Shown piece by piece: positions 42,395-52,214 of a stretch of 64,000 bases of DNA (position 1 is the stretch's first letter; the number at the start of each line of letters is the position of its first letter). Source of the stretch: Planctomycetota bacterium. Lineage in GTDB: Bacteria; Planctomycetota; MHYJ01; WSZJ01; JACPWG01. The notes below the pieces were generated by a model. That model was not told the DNA's origin and did no database searches. It saw only the letters and a program-made list of their open reading frames with translations. The DNA is taken from positions 52,429 through 116,428 of the forward strand of contig JACPWG010000194.1 in the NCBI GenBank assembly GCA_016197205.1. Direction: 5' to 3'. Both the position numbers and the translations under genes were made by a program.

Positions 42395-44296
42395 TCACCC
42401 GCGCACCCCGAATTCCTCCATCCATACTTCCAGGCAGAGCAACGCCAGGAGCCCGGGCCCCCGGTCCGCCCGCCCCGCATCGTGCTCCGCCAGCAGGCCC
42501 TCCACGGCCGCGGGACGGAAGAGACCCCGCCTCCGTACCCGCTCCACGCTGAGGAGGTCGCGCGCCATCTCCCGGAGGGGGCCGCGGAGCCACTCGCCGA
42601 TCGGGACTTCGAAGCCGCGTTTGCGGCCCCGCACGATCGAAGCCGGCGCCCGCCCGCGAAGCCACCGCCGCATGAGCCACTTCGTCCGCCCGCCGCGCAC
42701 TTTCAGCCGGTCGCCGAGCGAGAAGGCCCAACCCGCCAGGCGATGATCGAGGAGCGGGACGCGCACTTCCAGCCCGTGCGCCATGGAGAGTCGATCCACT
42801 TTCGTCAGCAGGTCGTCCACGAGCAGGGTCTCCACGTCCACCCAGGCCGCACGACGAATCCCCGCGTCGAAGGGATTCGCCGCGAAGAGGGCGTCAAACG
42901 CGCCCGCCCCCCCGGCGTCCCCGCCGTCGGTCAGGAGGCCCGCGCGCGCTTCCGGCTCCAGCAACGCGAACCACTCCAAATACCGACGGGCCTCCGGCAG
43001 CGCCGCCGTCCGCGCGAACTTCCGGACGCGGCGCACCGCCCCCCGCCAGCCGCGCCGGCCCTCGCACGCCGCGCCGGTCAGCGCCCTCCCCAGCCCCGCC
43101 CGCAGCGTCGCGGGGATGCGCGCCCAGCGGCGTGCCCAGCCGTCCCAGAAGTACCGTCCGTAGCCGCCGAAAAGTTCGTCCCCTCCTTCGCCGGCAAGAG
43201 CGACCTTCACCTGGCGCCGCGCCGCGCGGCACAGCTCCCACAACGGCAGCGCCGCTTCGTCCGCCAGCGGTTCGTCCAGCGCGCGCACGATCTCTCGCAA
43301 CTCGTCCGCCGCGCGCGCATGCACGACCTCCTCCCGATGTCGCGTGCCGAAGTGCGCCGCCGCCGTGCGCGCCGCAGGCAGCTCGTCGTACGTTTCGTGG
43401 TCGAAACCGATCGTGAACGTGGAGACCCCCCGCGTCCCCGTCTCGGCGAGCGCCGCGAGCAGCGTGGTCGAGTCGAGCCCGCCGCTCAAGAAGAGACCCA
43501 CCGGGACGTCCGCCACGACTTGCCTCCGGACCGAGTCCGTCACCAGCTCGCCGTAGCGCGCGAGCACCTGCTCGTCGTCCAGGTCCTTTTCCCCCGCTCC
43601 GCCCGCGCCCGCCCGTTCCGCCTCCGCGGCGAGGCTCCACCACCGGCGCTCGCTTCGCCGCCCGTCGCGGAACTCCACGACCGTACCCGGCGGCACCCGC
43701 TCCAGGCCGCGAAAAAAAGAGGCCCGTCCCGGCCGGTAGCCGAGCGCCAGGTACGGGGCCAAGGCCGGCCGGTCCAGCTCGGGCGGCACAAGCCCCGCGC
43801 CGATCAGGGCCTTCGCCTCCGACGCGAACGACACGCCGCCCGCGTCCTCGGCCAGGTACAGGGGCTTCACGCCCAGGCGGTCGCGCGCCAGCACGAGCCG
43901 TCGCTCCGTCGGGTCCCAGAGCGCGAAGGCGAAGATCCCGTTCAGCCGGTCAAGGACGTCCAGGCCCCATTCCTCGTACCCGTGTACGAGGACCTCCGTG
44001 TCCGTGCGGCTCCGGAAGCGGTGTCCTTTCGCGGCCAGCTCGGCCCGCAGTTCGACGAAGTTGTAGAGCTCGCCGTTGTAGACCAGCCGCACCCGCCCGT
44101 CCTCGTTCGCCATCGGCTGCAGCCCGTCCGCCGACAGGTCGAAGATCGCGAGTCGCGCGTGCGCGAGCGCGACCGGTCCCTCGGCCCAGGAGCCTTCCCC
44201 GTCGGGCCCCCGGTGGCGCAGCAGGTCCCGCATCCGCTCCACGCGGCCGAGGTCGACGTTCCCCGCCCAGCGGTATTCTCCGGAAAAGCCGCACAT
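42395..44296 (-). CDS. asnB: Asparagine synthase (glutamine-hydrolysing)-like amidotransferase, of the kind found in polysaccharide loci
   Basis: ATG at 44296. MCGFSGEY (N-terminal Cys nucleophile)...RLAIFDLS...RGPDGEG...SGGLDSTT (PP-loop). Confidence 0.9.
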   Translation of the reverse strand: MCGFSGEYRWAGNVDLGRVERMRDLLRHRGPDGEGSWAEGPVALAHARLAIFDLSADGLQPMANEDGRVRLVYNGELYNFVELRAELAAKGHRFRSRTDTEVLVHGYEEWGLDVLDRLNGIFAFALWDPTERRLVLARDRLGVKPLYLAEDAGGVSFASEAKALIGAGLVPPELDRPALAPYLALGYRPGRASFFRGLERVPPGTVVEFRDGRRSERRWWSLAAEAERAGAGGAGEKDLDDEQVLARYGELVTDSVRRQVVADVPVGLFLSGGLDSTTLLAALAETGTRGVSTFTIGFDHETYDELPAARTAAAHFGTRHREEVVHARAADELREIVRALDEPLADEAALPLWELCRAARRQVKVALAGEGGDELFGGYGRYFWDGWARRWARIPATLRAGLGRALTGAACEGRRGWRGAVRRVRKFARTAALPEARRYLEWFALLEPEARAGLLTDGGDAGGAGAFDALFAANPFDAGIRRAAWVDVETLLVDDLLTKVDRLSMAHGLEVRVPLLDHRLAGWAFSLGDRLKVRGGRTKWLMRRWLRGRAPASIVRGRKRGFEVPIGEWLRGPLREMARDLLSVERVRRRGLFRPAAVEGLLAEHDAGRADRGPGLLALLCLEVWMEEFGVRG

Positions 44297-44301
44297 CGAC
44301 G

Positions 44302-45159
44302 TCACCGCCTCGCCGTGAGAAGGAGGGAACGGCCCAAAAGCCCCGCGAACGGCAGTCGCGAGAGCCACCGGTCGAGCGCCAGGCCGCCCCCGGCGCCGAA
44401 CGGCGAGTTCAGGATCGGGCGGGCCTCCGCGTTCGTGAAGCCGGCCCGCGCGACCATCTCCAGCAGCTCGGAGGGGCGGAACCGATGATACGGCAGCCCC
44501 GCGCTGTGCCGGCCGTCCTGCGGGCCCAGCCGGTGCCTGAGGTTGTAGTTGTAGACGTTCAGCACGAGCCGTCCTCCCGGCCGGAGCACGCGCGCCGCCT
44601 CGTCCAGCGCCGCCTGCCGCGCCTCCGGGCGCGGGACGTATTGCAGCACGTCGTTCGAGACCACGAGGTCGAACCGCCCGTCGGCGAGCGGCACGCGCTC
44701 CACCCCGCCTCGCAAAAACAAACATGCAGCGTCGCCGCGGGCCGGCGCGTGCTTCCGCCGGCACAGCTCCAGCGACCGGCTCGAGAAGTCGAGCGCCACC
44801 ACCCGCGCGAAGCGGCGCCAGAGCATTTCCGTCACGCGACCGGTGCCCGCCCCCAGGTCCAACGCCGCGCCGCCCGACGGGCCGGTCAGCCCTTCCCCCA
44901 CGTGCGCCAGGTCCAGGCCTCCCGCGATGCGGAGCCGGACGTCGTCGTACCCCTCCGCCTCGCGGTCGCGCAGCTCGAGCTCGCCCGCCTGCTCGACGGC
45001 CGCGCCCCCTTCCCACGAGAGCACGTCGTACACGCCGCCCGCGGGTGCGAGGCTCAGCCCGCACGTCATGCACCGGAAAGTCGCCGGCCCTGCGACGGCC
45101 TCGGCGGCCAGCGTCCCTCCATCGCGCGGGCAGTGGAGCAGGTCGTGCCACGTCGTCAT
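44302..45159 (-). CDS. SAM-dependent methyltransferase with an N-terminal Zn-ribbon
   Basis: LLHCPRDGGTL...FRCMTCG (CxxC...CxxC) is followed by the SAM motif LDLGAGTGRVT. The ATG at 45159 overlaps the upstream stop (ATGA). Confidence 0.8.
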   Translation of the reverse strand: MTTWHDLLHCPRDGGTLAAEAVAGPATFRCMTCGLSLAPAGGVYDVLSWEGGAAVEQAGELELRDREAEGYDDVRLRIAGGLDLAHVGEGLTGPSGGAALDLGAGTGRVTEMLWRRFARVVALDFSSRSLELCRRKHAPARGDAACLFLRGGVERVPLADGRFDLVVSNDVLQYVPRPEARQAALDEAARVLRPGGRLVLNVYNYNLRHRLGPQDGRHSAGLPYHRFRPSELLEMVARAGFTNAEARPILNSPFGAGGGLALDRWLSRLPFAGLLGRSLLLTARR

Positions 45160-46130
45160 GCCTCGCCTCGCGTCCCGCGTCGGTCGCGTAGCCACCGCGC
45201 CGCGAGCAGCCCGGCCGCCACGCAGGCCGGAAATCTCGACCACTCCCAGATGCCGGTCAGCGGCTCCGCCTCGCCCCCCATCCGGCGTTTGAACTCGTAC
45301 ACCGGAGAACGAGGGTCGGCCCCTTCCAGGTCGTAGCGACGGTAGCCGACCCCGCGCGCCCATCTGCAGATCTCCCAGTGCAGCCGGTTCGCCGCGCCGG
45401 CCTCCCCTCCCTCGCCCGGCCCCAGCGAGCCTCCCCACGCGTAAGCGCAGGACCCGCCCGCCCCCAGGACCGCCGCCCCCGCGATCGCGCCACCCGCGGA
45501 CCCGTCCACGAGAAAGATCCGCGCGCCCCGCCCATCGCCCCCCTCGCGTACGAGCGCGAGGAGCAGCTCCCGCCCGACGCGTTCCGGGAGGTCTTTTCTG
45601 CGACTCATCCGGCCGTGCAGGCCCAGGAACTCCTCCACCAGCGCCGCCTCGGTCCCTGACCGCACGCGAAGCCCGGCCCGCACGCCGCGGTCCAGGTTTC
45701 TTCGCCAATTCTCCGACATCCGCGCCCGCAGCTCCGACTCCTCGCGCGTGAGGTCGAGCCAGAAGGTGCCGGGCACCGTCTCCTCGTTCAGCAAGCTGCG
45801 GCGAAAGCCCGCGGCCGCGAGCGCCGCGTCCCTCTCCGGTTCGCGCGCATGGTACGGGCTCACCCAGACGATCGCGCACGCGTGCCTCGCGGCCCACCTC
45901 CGGATCGCCCGCAGCACGCCCCCCATCCGTGCCGACCCCTCCTCGCGCGCGATCGGACCCCGCGGCACCCACAGGACGCCGAGCCCCAGCCCTGGAAGCC
46001 TTCTCGCCAGTCCTTGTGCCATTGCGCTCGGCCGCTCGAACGGACCTTCCAGCCACCGCACCGCCGTCCAGCCCGCCGTCTCTTTGGCCTTCCCCCACTC
46101 CCACGACTGGGCGAACGTCGCTCGCTCCAT
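45156..46130 (-). CDS. FemAB-family (GNAT-fold) protein, putative aminoacyl/acyl transferase
   Basis: ATG at 46130 (MERATFAQSWEWGKAKETAGW...). The pairing of ...FLVDG and ...YAWGGS resembles the FemAB/Acetyltransf_6 fold. The upstream part of the six-frame ORF lies in AT-rich repeats. Confidence 0.55.
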   Translation of the reverse strand: MERATFAQSWEWGKAKETAGWTAVRWLEGPFERPSAMAQGLARRLPGLGLGVLWVPRGPIAREEGSARMGGVLRAIRRWAARHACAIVWVSPYHAREPERDAALAAAGFRRSLLNEETVPGTFWLDLTREESELRARMSENWRRNLDRGVRAGLRVRSGTEAALVEEFLGLHGRMSRRKDLPERVGRELLLALVREGGDGRGARIFLVDGSAGGAIAGAAVLGAGGSCAYAWGGSLGPGEGGEAGAANRLHWEICRWARGVGYRRYDLEGADPRSPVYEFKRRMGGEAEPLTGIWEWSRFPACVAAGLLAARWLRDRRGTRGEA

Positions 46131-46139
46131 CGTGGCCAA

Positions 46140-46345
46140 CGCGGCGTTCCACAATTCTCGATTGGAGATTTGAGATTGGACAATTGAGATTTGAATCCCG
46201 AGTTTCGAGCCGTTATCCGCACTCACGGGACCTTCTCTCGCCTCAGAGCCAGGTTCGCTATCCACGCACGGCCCCCTCCACCTGCGAGGTCCCTCCCGTG
46301 CCCCCGCAATTTGAAATTTGAAATTTGCAATTTGAATTTTGAAAT
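46140..46345. repeat. AT-rich caatttgaaatttga-type repeat cluster in a 70% GC genome
   Basis: gattggagatttgagattggacaattgagatttgaatc and gcaatttgaaatttgaaatttgcaatttgaattttgaaatgg. Related copies occur at ~16680 and ~20290. Confidence 0.45.
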
Positions 46346-46405
46346 GGCGCCCCCCGTCCCCTCCCGTCGACTCTCGCGCCAGGTACCGTCAATCCCCGTC
46401 GTGCC

Positions 46406-47242
46406 CTATCCACGCCTCTCCCTCCCCACCTTCCACGCCCCCCACGCTCCCTTCGCCCGCGCAGCCCACGTTAGGTAGTCCCATTCTCCCTGGATCTTCG
46501 CCCAGAGATCTTCGCTCGTGTCTTCCGGTTCCACCACGATCCTCGGCGCGCGAAAAAGATCCGAGTCTCGTCCGACGTGCCCGTGGAGCGTCGTCCAGCC
46601 CGCCGCGAAGCCCGCCTCCGCGAGGAGCAGCGCGGCATCCGGCCGCAGGTCCGCTGCCCCACCCCATGGATATGCCAGTTCCCGCGCGGCCTCGCCGAGT
46701 GCGCTCCGCAGCGCCTCTTGCGAGGCCTGGAGGTCCGAGCGCACTTCGGCGACGCTCAGCTCCGGCAGCCTTCGGTGCGCGTGCGTGTGCGAACCGATCC
46801 GGACGCCGCCGTCCGCGAGCCGCCGCACGTCGTCCCGCGAGAGCATCCGGCGCCCGCGGTACACGCCGTCCGGACAGGCCTCGGGTGTTGGTCCGATGCG
46901 ACCGGTGGCGATGAAAAGAGTTGCCGGCACGCGGTACTCGCTCAACAGGGGAAGCGCGACGGTCAGGTTGTCCCGGTAGCCGTCGTCGAACGTGACCCGC
47001 ACGCGCGGCGCATCCGTCGGGTCCCCCGGGAAGCCCGTCTCCGGCCAGTCCGTGCGGCACTGCTCGGTGATCAACCGAAGGTGCGCACGGAAGCGCTCCT
47101 CGGGTATCGCGGGTCCCTCCCCGGGTCCGACCGCGTGGTAGACCAGCACGGAGCCCGTGCGCGACCGGTCGGGGGGCGCGAAGGCGCGTCCGGCCCCCCA
47201 AAGCCTCCCCAGCGATCGCTTGAACCGGCCGGTGCTTCCCAT
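46406..47242 (-). CDS. Polysaccharide deacetylase (NodB homology domain)
   Basis: ATG at 47242. VRVTFDDGYRDNLTVALPLLSEYRVPATLFIATGRIG...GVRIGSHTHAH. Confidence 0.8.
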   Translation of the reverse strand: MGSTGRFKRSLGRLWGAGRAFAPPDRSRTGSVLVYHAVGPGEGPAIPEERFRAHLRLITEQCRTDWPETGFPGDPTDAPRVRVTFDDGYRDNLTVALPLLSEYRVPATLFIATGRIGPTPEACPDGVYRGRRMLSRDDVRRLADGGVRIGSHTHAHRRLPELSVAEVRSDLQASQEALRSALGEAARELAYPWGGAADLRPDAALLLAEAGFAAGWTTLHGHVGRDSDLFRAPRIVVEPEDTSEDLWAKIQGEWDYLTWAARAKGAWGAWKVGRERRG

Positions 47243-47250
47243 CCGTTCCC

Positions 47251-48753
47251 TCACCTCGGCAAGCCGGCGAGCGCGGCGACGGACGGCGGGCGCACGACCT
47301 GCACGGCCGCGCTGCCCGCTGCGTCGCCGGCCGTGGGCCCCGTCGCTTGCGTCCGGCCGCGCAGCGCCAGGACGCAGTAGGTCCAGAAGAGGAGCGCCTC
47401 CGCGTTGCCGAACGAGAACAGCCAGCTTTCGAACATCGCCACGGAGATGCCCATGATCAGCAGGATCTGCAGCTGCCGACCGATCGTTTCCCACCCCGCG
47501 CGCCAACGCCAACGGGCCAGGAAGGTCGTCCGGGCCGTCCAGCCGGCCAAGAGCAGGCCGATCAACCCTCCGATCACGCCCAGGTCCGCTCCGAGCTGCA
47601 GGAAGGTGTTGTGGAGGTGCCCGCCGAGGACCGTCATGAGCCGCTCCTCGGTGACGCCCTCGCCTCCCATGCGGTAGTAGGGCAGCACGTAGTCCGACGT
47701 GCCGAACCCGTGTCCCAGCGCGAACCGGTGCTCGATCGCCGACCACCCGGCGATCCAGCGCTCGAGCCGGTCGCTCCCCGTCGCGAGCGTGGAGCTCCGG
47801 AAGACCGTCGTCTCCAGGAAGCCCTCGGGTTTCTCCTCCAGCACCAGGTAGAGGCCGGCGGAGACGAAGAGGACCACCCCGAGCGCGCGTGCCCGCCGCC
47901 CCCCGGAGAGGAGCATGCCGAGCGAAACTCCCAGCAGGGAAGACCGCGAGCCCGAAAACAAGAGCGCGCCTGCAGCGAGCGCCGCCGCCGCTGCCGTCCG
48001 CCGCTGCGCCTGCCTCCCCCGCGCGGCCCCGGCCTCCCCGCCGGCCCCCGAGCCCGCGCCCCACGGCAGGAGGAGCGGCAGGAGCAACGCCATGCAAAGC
48101 CCCACTTCGTTCGGATTGCCGTAGATCCCCTGGAAGCGCGTGCCGTTGAGCGCGCTCGGGGCGTCGAGCACGAGCAGGCCTACCCCGGCGACCGCCCCCG
48201 CCAGGTGGATCGTCACCACCGTGGAGAGCATCCGCCGCACGTGGTCCGGGTTCTCGGCCCGCCGCCACAGGCAGAAGCAGACGAAAAAAAAGGCTACTGC
48301 TATGCTGCCCGCCCGGCCGAGCGTGAGCACCGGCGCGATCGACCAGGTCGCGGAGAGCAGGCTGACGGCGACGAAGAGCCCGGCCAGGCCGTGGAAGCGC
48401 GTGAAAGGCCGGTACGCCCGGCGGCTGCGTGCCACACGGGGAAGCTCCAGCAAGACCCAGGCGATGGGGCAGGCCCAGCGCGCGTAGCGCACCTCCTCCA
48501 CGAGCGGGGCCGGCGAAATCGCCGCGACCAGGAGGAAGAAGATGCTTCCCACGAACAGCCAGTGGCGGTCCCGCAGCCCCTGTACGAGCAGCAGCCCCGC
48601 CAGTCCCAAGATCAGCGGGCGGAGCAGCACCTGCTGGTCGTAGGCCGCGAGCTGGTGGAGAGCGAGGAAGACCGTGCTCAGGCCCAGCACGCGCGGCCAC
48701 GAGACCGTCGGGGGCAGGATGAGCGGGTCCGCGGACACTTCTCTCTGTGTCAC
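47251..48753 (-). CDS. O-antigen ligase/polymerase family (Wzy_C) polytopic membrane protein
   Basis: About 12 predicted TM segments, with a periplasmic loop containing NGTRFQGIYGNPNEVGLCMALLLPLLL. Confidence 0.75.
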   Translation of the reverse strand: MTQREVSADPLILPPTVSWPRVLGLSTVFLALHQLAAYDQQVLLRPLILGLAGLLLVQGLRDRHWLFVGSIFFLLVAAISPAPLVEEVRYARWACPIAWVLLELPRVARSRRAYRPFTRFHGLAGLFVAVSLLSATWSIAPVLTLGRAGSIAVAFFFVCFCLWRRAENPDHVRRMLSTVVTIHLAGAVAGVGLLVLDAPSALNGTRFQGIYGNPNEVGLCMALLLPLLLPWGAGSGAGGEAGAARGRQAQRRTAAAAALAAGALLFSGSRSSLLGVSLGMLLSGGRRARALGVVLFVSAGLYLVLEEKPEGFLETTVFRSSTLATGSDRLERWIAGWSAIEHRFALGHGFGTSDYVLPYYRMGGEGVTEERLMTVLGGHLHNTFLQLGADLGVIGGLIGLLLAGWTARTTFLARWRWRAGWETIGRQLQILLIMGISVAMFESWLFSFGNAEALLFWTYCVLALRGRTQATGPTAGDAAGSAAVQVVRPPSVAALAGLPR

Positions 48754-48757
48754 CCTG

Positions 48758-49978
48758 TCACCTCGAGGAATTCGCGAAATTGGCGTAATTCGCGGTTCCG
48801 TTCTTCCTTGCCTTGCCGAGCGCGTGAAAAATCGCCGCCTCGAACGCCGGCACGAACGCCTCCTGCGTCCAACCCGCGATGACCGTCTGCGCCCGTGCCC
48901 CCAGCCTTGCGCGAAGCGCGGGGTCCGAAAGCAGGCGTACCAGCGCGTCCGCCCATTCGCGGTCCGACCCCGCGGGCACGCGGTAGCCGGTCTCGCCCGG
49001 AAGCACCAGGTCGTGGGCTGCGCCGACCCGGTCGCTCGCGAGGACCGGCAGACCGAAGGCCATCGCCTCGTTCACCACGATCCCCCACGGCTCTTCGAGA
49101 GACGGCAGCACGAGCAGATCCGCGGCCGCATAGAAGCGGGCGAGCTCCGCAGGCGCGACGCTGCCGAAGAACCGCACGCGCCCGCCGCACGCCCGCTCCG
49201 CTCGCGACTCCAGCTCCGCGCGAAGCGGCCCGTCCCCGACCAACGCGAGCCGTGCGTCGGGGAGGCGCCCCAGGACGGCGGAGAACGCGCCCAGCAGCGA
49301 CGCCACCCCTTTCACCGCGACCAGCCGGCCTACGAAGAGCGCCAGGGGCCCATGCCCGAGGCCCAGCTCCGCGCGCAGCGCCGCGCGACGCGGGGCCAGC
49401 TCGCGTGCGCGCTCCGCGAGCCGCCGCACGTCCGGCGTGTTCGGGAAGCGGAAGATGTCCGCGGGCTGCGCGCCGAGGCCGAGCAGGTCTTCGCGCGCGA
49501 GAATTCCCGTGACCTGCAGCGCCGTCGCGCGACGCACCAGGAAACCCACCACGAGCCGGCGAAGCATGCGCGCCCAGGCAGGACGGGGGGCGAGGCCGTG
49601 GCTTTCCGTCGCCAGGATCCAGGGCAACCTCCGACAGACGCACCAGGCGATCGCCGCCTGCATCCCTTGCAGGTAGTAGCCGCCGATGACCACCACGTCC
49701 GGCCGAAACGCGGCGAGACGCGACGTCGCGCCCGGGTTCAGATGCATCGTCGTCAGGTTGGCCGCGCGCACGACCAGGCCGCGACCCGCCAGCACCTCCG
49801 AGTCCACGCCGTCCGCGTCGAGGGCGCCCCAGTCACGGCCCGCTTCGCGCGCGGCGCAGTAAAACACCTTGAGCCGGACCCGGCCGCTCCGCGCCACCTT
49901 GCCCAGGAACGGGGACGCATACGGGGTCGGGACCGCGAGCACGACGGCCACTCGGGGCGGCGGCGCGGGCTCGTTCAT
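48758..49978 (-). CDS. GT4-family glycosyltransferase
   Basis: The ATG at 49978 overlaps the upstream stop (ATGA). ...LFVGRLVAVKGVASLLGAF...LLVLPSLEEPWGIVVNEAMAFGLPVLASD. Confidence 0.85.
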   Translation of the reverse strand: MNEPAPPPRVAVVLAVPTPYASPFLGKVARSGRVRLKVFYCAAREAGRDWGALDADGVDSEVLAGRGLVVRAANLTTMHLNPGATSRLAAFRPDVVVIGGYYLQGMQAAIAWCVCRRLPWILATESHGLAPRPAWARMLRRLVVGFLVRRATALQVTGILAREDLLGLGAQPADIFRFPNTPDVRRLAERARELAPRRAALRAELGLGHGPLALFVGRLVAVKGVASLLGAFSAVLGRLPDARLALVGDGPLRAELESRAERACGGRVRFFGSVAPAELARFYAAADLLVLPSLEEPWGIVVNEAMAFGLPVLASDRVGAAHDLVLPGETGYRVPAGSDREWADALVRLLSDPALRARLGARAQTVIAGWTQEAFVPAFEAAIFHALGKARKNGTANYANFANSSR

Positions 49979-51105
49979 GCTTCGCTCTCCAGGTCCGCGA
50001 GGCCGCGCCCCTCGGCCAGGCAGCGCAAGAGACGGAGCGTGCGCTCCCCGACGCGTTCCCAGGTGAAGCGCGCCCGGACACGCTCGGCCCCCCGGTCTCC
50101 CATCCTGTGTCGCTCCTCCGGCGCCGTCCCGGCGAAGGCCCGGATGGCGGTCGCGAGCGCGCCCGCGTCCCCCGGCGGCACGCGCCAGCCCGTGTCGGGC
50201 GACACCAGGGTGGCCACCGCTCCCACGTCGGTCGCGATCACCGGCAGTCCCGCCGCCATCGCTTCCAGCAACACGGTCGGCATGCCCTCGTACAGGCTGG
50301 GGAGCACATACCCGTCCGCCGTCCGGTAGGCCGCCATCAACTCCGCATCGGGCAATTCCCCCAGGAACCGCACCCGCGAAGTCGCGCAGGCGCTGCGCAG
50401 CGCGCCCTCCTCCGGTCCCTTGCCGACGATGTCCAACTCCACCCTCGTCGAAGCCAGTCGGTTCATCGCCTCCACGAGGACGCGGAAACCCTTGTTCGGA
50501 AAAAACCGGCCGACCGCCAGCAGCCGCGGCCGTTCGGCGCCGGCCGACCCGTCCGTCCGCCGCCCGACGTACGAAGGGTCCACCGCATTCGGGACGACCA
50601 CCACCCTGCCCGCGGGCACGCGCATCCCGCGGCGGATCATCCCCGTCAATTTTCCGCCGAGCGACACGACCGCGTCGGCCCTGCGCGCCATGCGCACCAT
50701 GATCAGGCGAAAAAGGTACCCCGTGGCGACGTTCCACGCGCCCCGCGCCGACCACATCTCCAGCCCGTGCGGATTCAGCGCCCACGGGACGCGCGCGCCC
50801 CCCGTCCCGGCCCATAGGGTGAGCCCCTGCGCGTAGGCGACGTCCGGTGGACGCGCCTCGAGATGCCGACGCACCCGCTTCGAATAGACCCAACACGCGG
50901 CCAGGTACTCCATGCGCCCGGGAAAGGGCACGTACACGGACCGGAACGGGTACTGCTCCGGCCGGAAGAGCGACGGCGGCGTCGGATGCAGCACCGTCAG
51001 CTCGACCCCCCGCCTCGCCAGCTCCAGCGCCAGGCAACGCGAATGGCGCTGGATACCGCCGATGACGTGCGGGAAAAGTCCGTCCGTGACCAAGGTGACC
51101 TTCAT
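49975..51105 (-). CDS. GT4-family glycosyltransferase
   Basis: MKVTLVTDGLFPHVIGGIQRHS...YVLPSLYEGMPTVLLEAMAAGLPVIATD. The dispersed CTCTGCG motif lies ~35 bp upstream. Confidence 0.85.
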   Translation of the reverse strand: MKVTLVTDGLFPHVIGGIQRHSRCLALELARRGVELTVLHPTPPSLFRPEQYPFRSVYVPFPGRMEYLAACWVYSKRVRRHLEARPPDVAYAQGLTLWAGTGGARVPWALNPHGLEMWSARGAWNVATGYLFRLIMVRMARRADAVVSLGGKLTGMIRRGMRVPAGRVVVVPNAVDPSYVGRRTDGSAGAERPRLLAVGRFFPNKGFRVLVEAMNRLASTRVELDIVGKGPEEGALRSACATSRVRFLGELPDAELMAAYRTADGYVLPSLYEGMPTVLLEAMAAGLPVIATDVGAVATLVSPDTGWRVPPGDAGALATAIRAFAGTAPEERHRMGDRGAERVRARFTWERVGERTLRLLRCLAEGRGLADLESEA

Positions 51106-51272
51106 CCAGTGACTCAAACCCGCAATGGGGATTCAATCCACTCAGGTTCCTCTGCGCCTCTGCGTCTCTGCGTTAAATAAAAGCTGACAACCCAGCCACT
51201 GTCTCCACTTCCGCGCCACTTGGAGAGGCTGTCTCCCTCGCGAGCCATGCTCGAAAAATTCGATGTCCCTCA

Positions 51273-52214
51273 TCATGGACTCGCCTCTCCCCTCACCAGC
51301 TCCGCGAGCCCAGCCCTCAGCTCGACCTCCGCCCTCCAGCCCACCTCCTCAGCGGCGCGCCGCGCGTCCGCCACCAAGTGCGGCCGATCCGAGGCGCGCC
51401 GGCGTCCCGCGACGGGCACCGGTTCCACGGTCGTCCCGACGATCGCCGAAAAGTGGTCCAGCAGCTCCCGCACCGAGGCCTCCCGCCCGGTCCCGAGGTT
51501 GTACACGCGGAAGGGTTGCGGCGACCGCTCCGTGACGGCCAGGATCCCGCGCGCCACGTCCCGCACGTGGACGTAGTCGCGCTTCGGCTCGAGGTTCCCG
51601 ACCTCCACCCGCGTCGCGCCGCGCCGAAGCTGCGCGACCAGCTCCGGCACTACGTGCGGATTCGTCTCCCCGGGCCCGTACACGTTGAAGAGCCGGCCCA
51701 CGACGGTGCGCACGGCCGTCCGCCGGTGGTAGAGCTCGGCCAGGTCCTCCACGAGCAGCTTCGTCATGCCGTACACGTCGGTCGGCCCAGGCTCGTCCTC
51801 CTCGCGATGCGGCCCGTCTCCGATGGGGTACACGGCCGCGGTCGAAGCCACGAAAACCGCCTCCGGAGGGTGCCTCTCCAGGGCGGCGAGGACGTTGCGC
51901 GTGCCGAGGGCGTTCACCTGCACGGTGCGGACCGGTTCCCGGTTGCACAGCGGTATGAAGTGCAGCGCGGCCAGGTGGATCGCAGCCTGCGGCCGGAACG
52001 ACTCGACGGCGTCCCGCACGCGCGCCGCCTCCGACACGTCTACCCGGAGCGCCTCCACGCCCGCCAGCCCGCGGATCGAGGCCTCGGTGCCCGTCGAAAA
52101 ATCGTCCACGACTCGGACCCGCGCCCCGCGTTCCGACAGTCGCGCGACGACGTGAGCGCCGATGAACCCGGCCCCGCCGGTTACGAGCACCCGCGTGCCG
52201 TCGCTCAACTTCAT
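51273..52214 (-). CDS. NAD-dependent epimerase/dehydratase (SDR family)
   Basis: ATG at 52214. VLVTGGAGFIGAHVV...YGMTK (YxxxK). Confidence 0.9.
   Translation of the reverse strand: MKLSDGTRVLVTGGAGFIGAHVVARLSERGARVRVVDDFSTGTEASIRGLAGVEALRVDVSEAARVRDAVESFRPQAAIHLAALHFIPLCNREPVRTVQVNALGTRNVLAALERHPPEAVFVASTAAVYPIGDGPHREEDEPGPTDVYGMTKLLVEDLAELYHRRTAVRTVVGRLFNVYGPGETNPHVVPELVAQLRRGATRVEVGNLEPKRDYVHVRDVARGILAVTERSPQPFRVYNLGTGREASVRELLDHFSAIVGTTVEPVPVAGRRRASDRPHLVADARRAAEEVGWRAEVELRAGLAELVRGEASP

Noticed and set aside
42395-45151. 918-aa ORF for the AsnB gene
   Set aside because: The N-terminal 285 codons are Arg/Gly-rich and overlap the methyltransferase gene. Glutamine amidotransferases start with Met-Cys, found at 44296 (MCGFSG).
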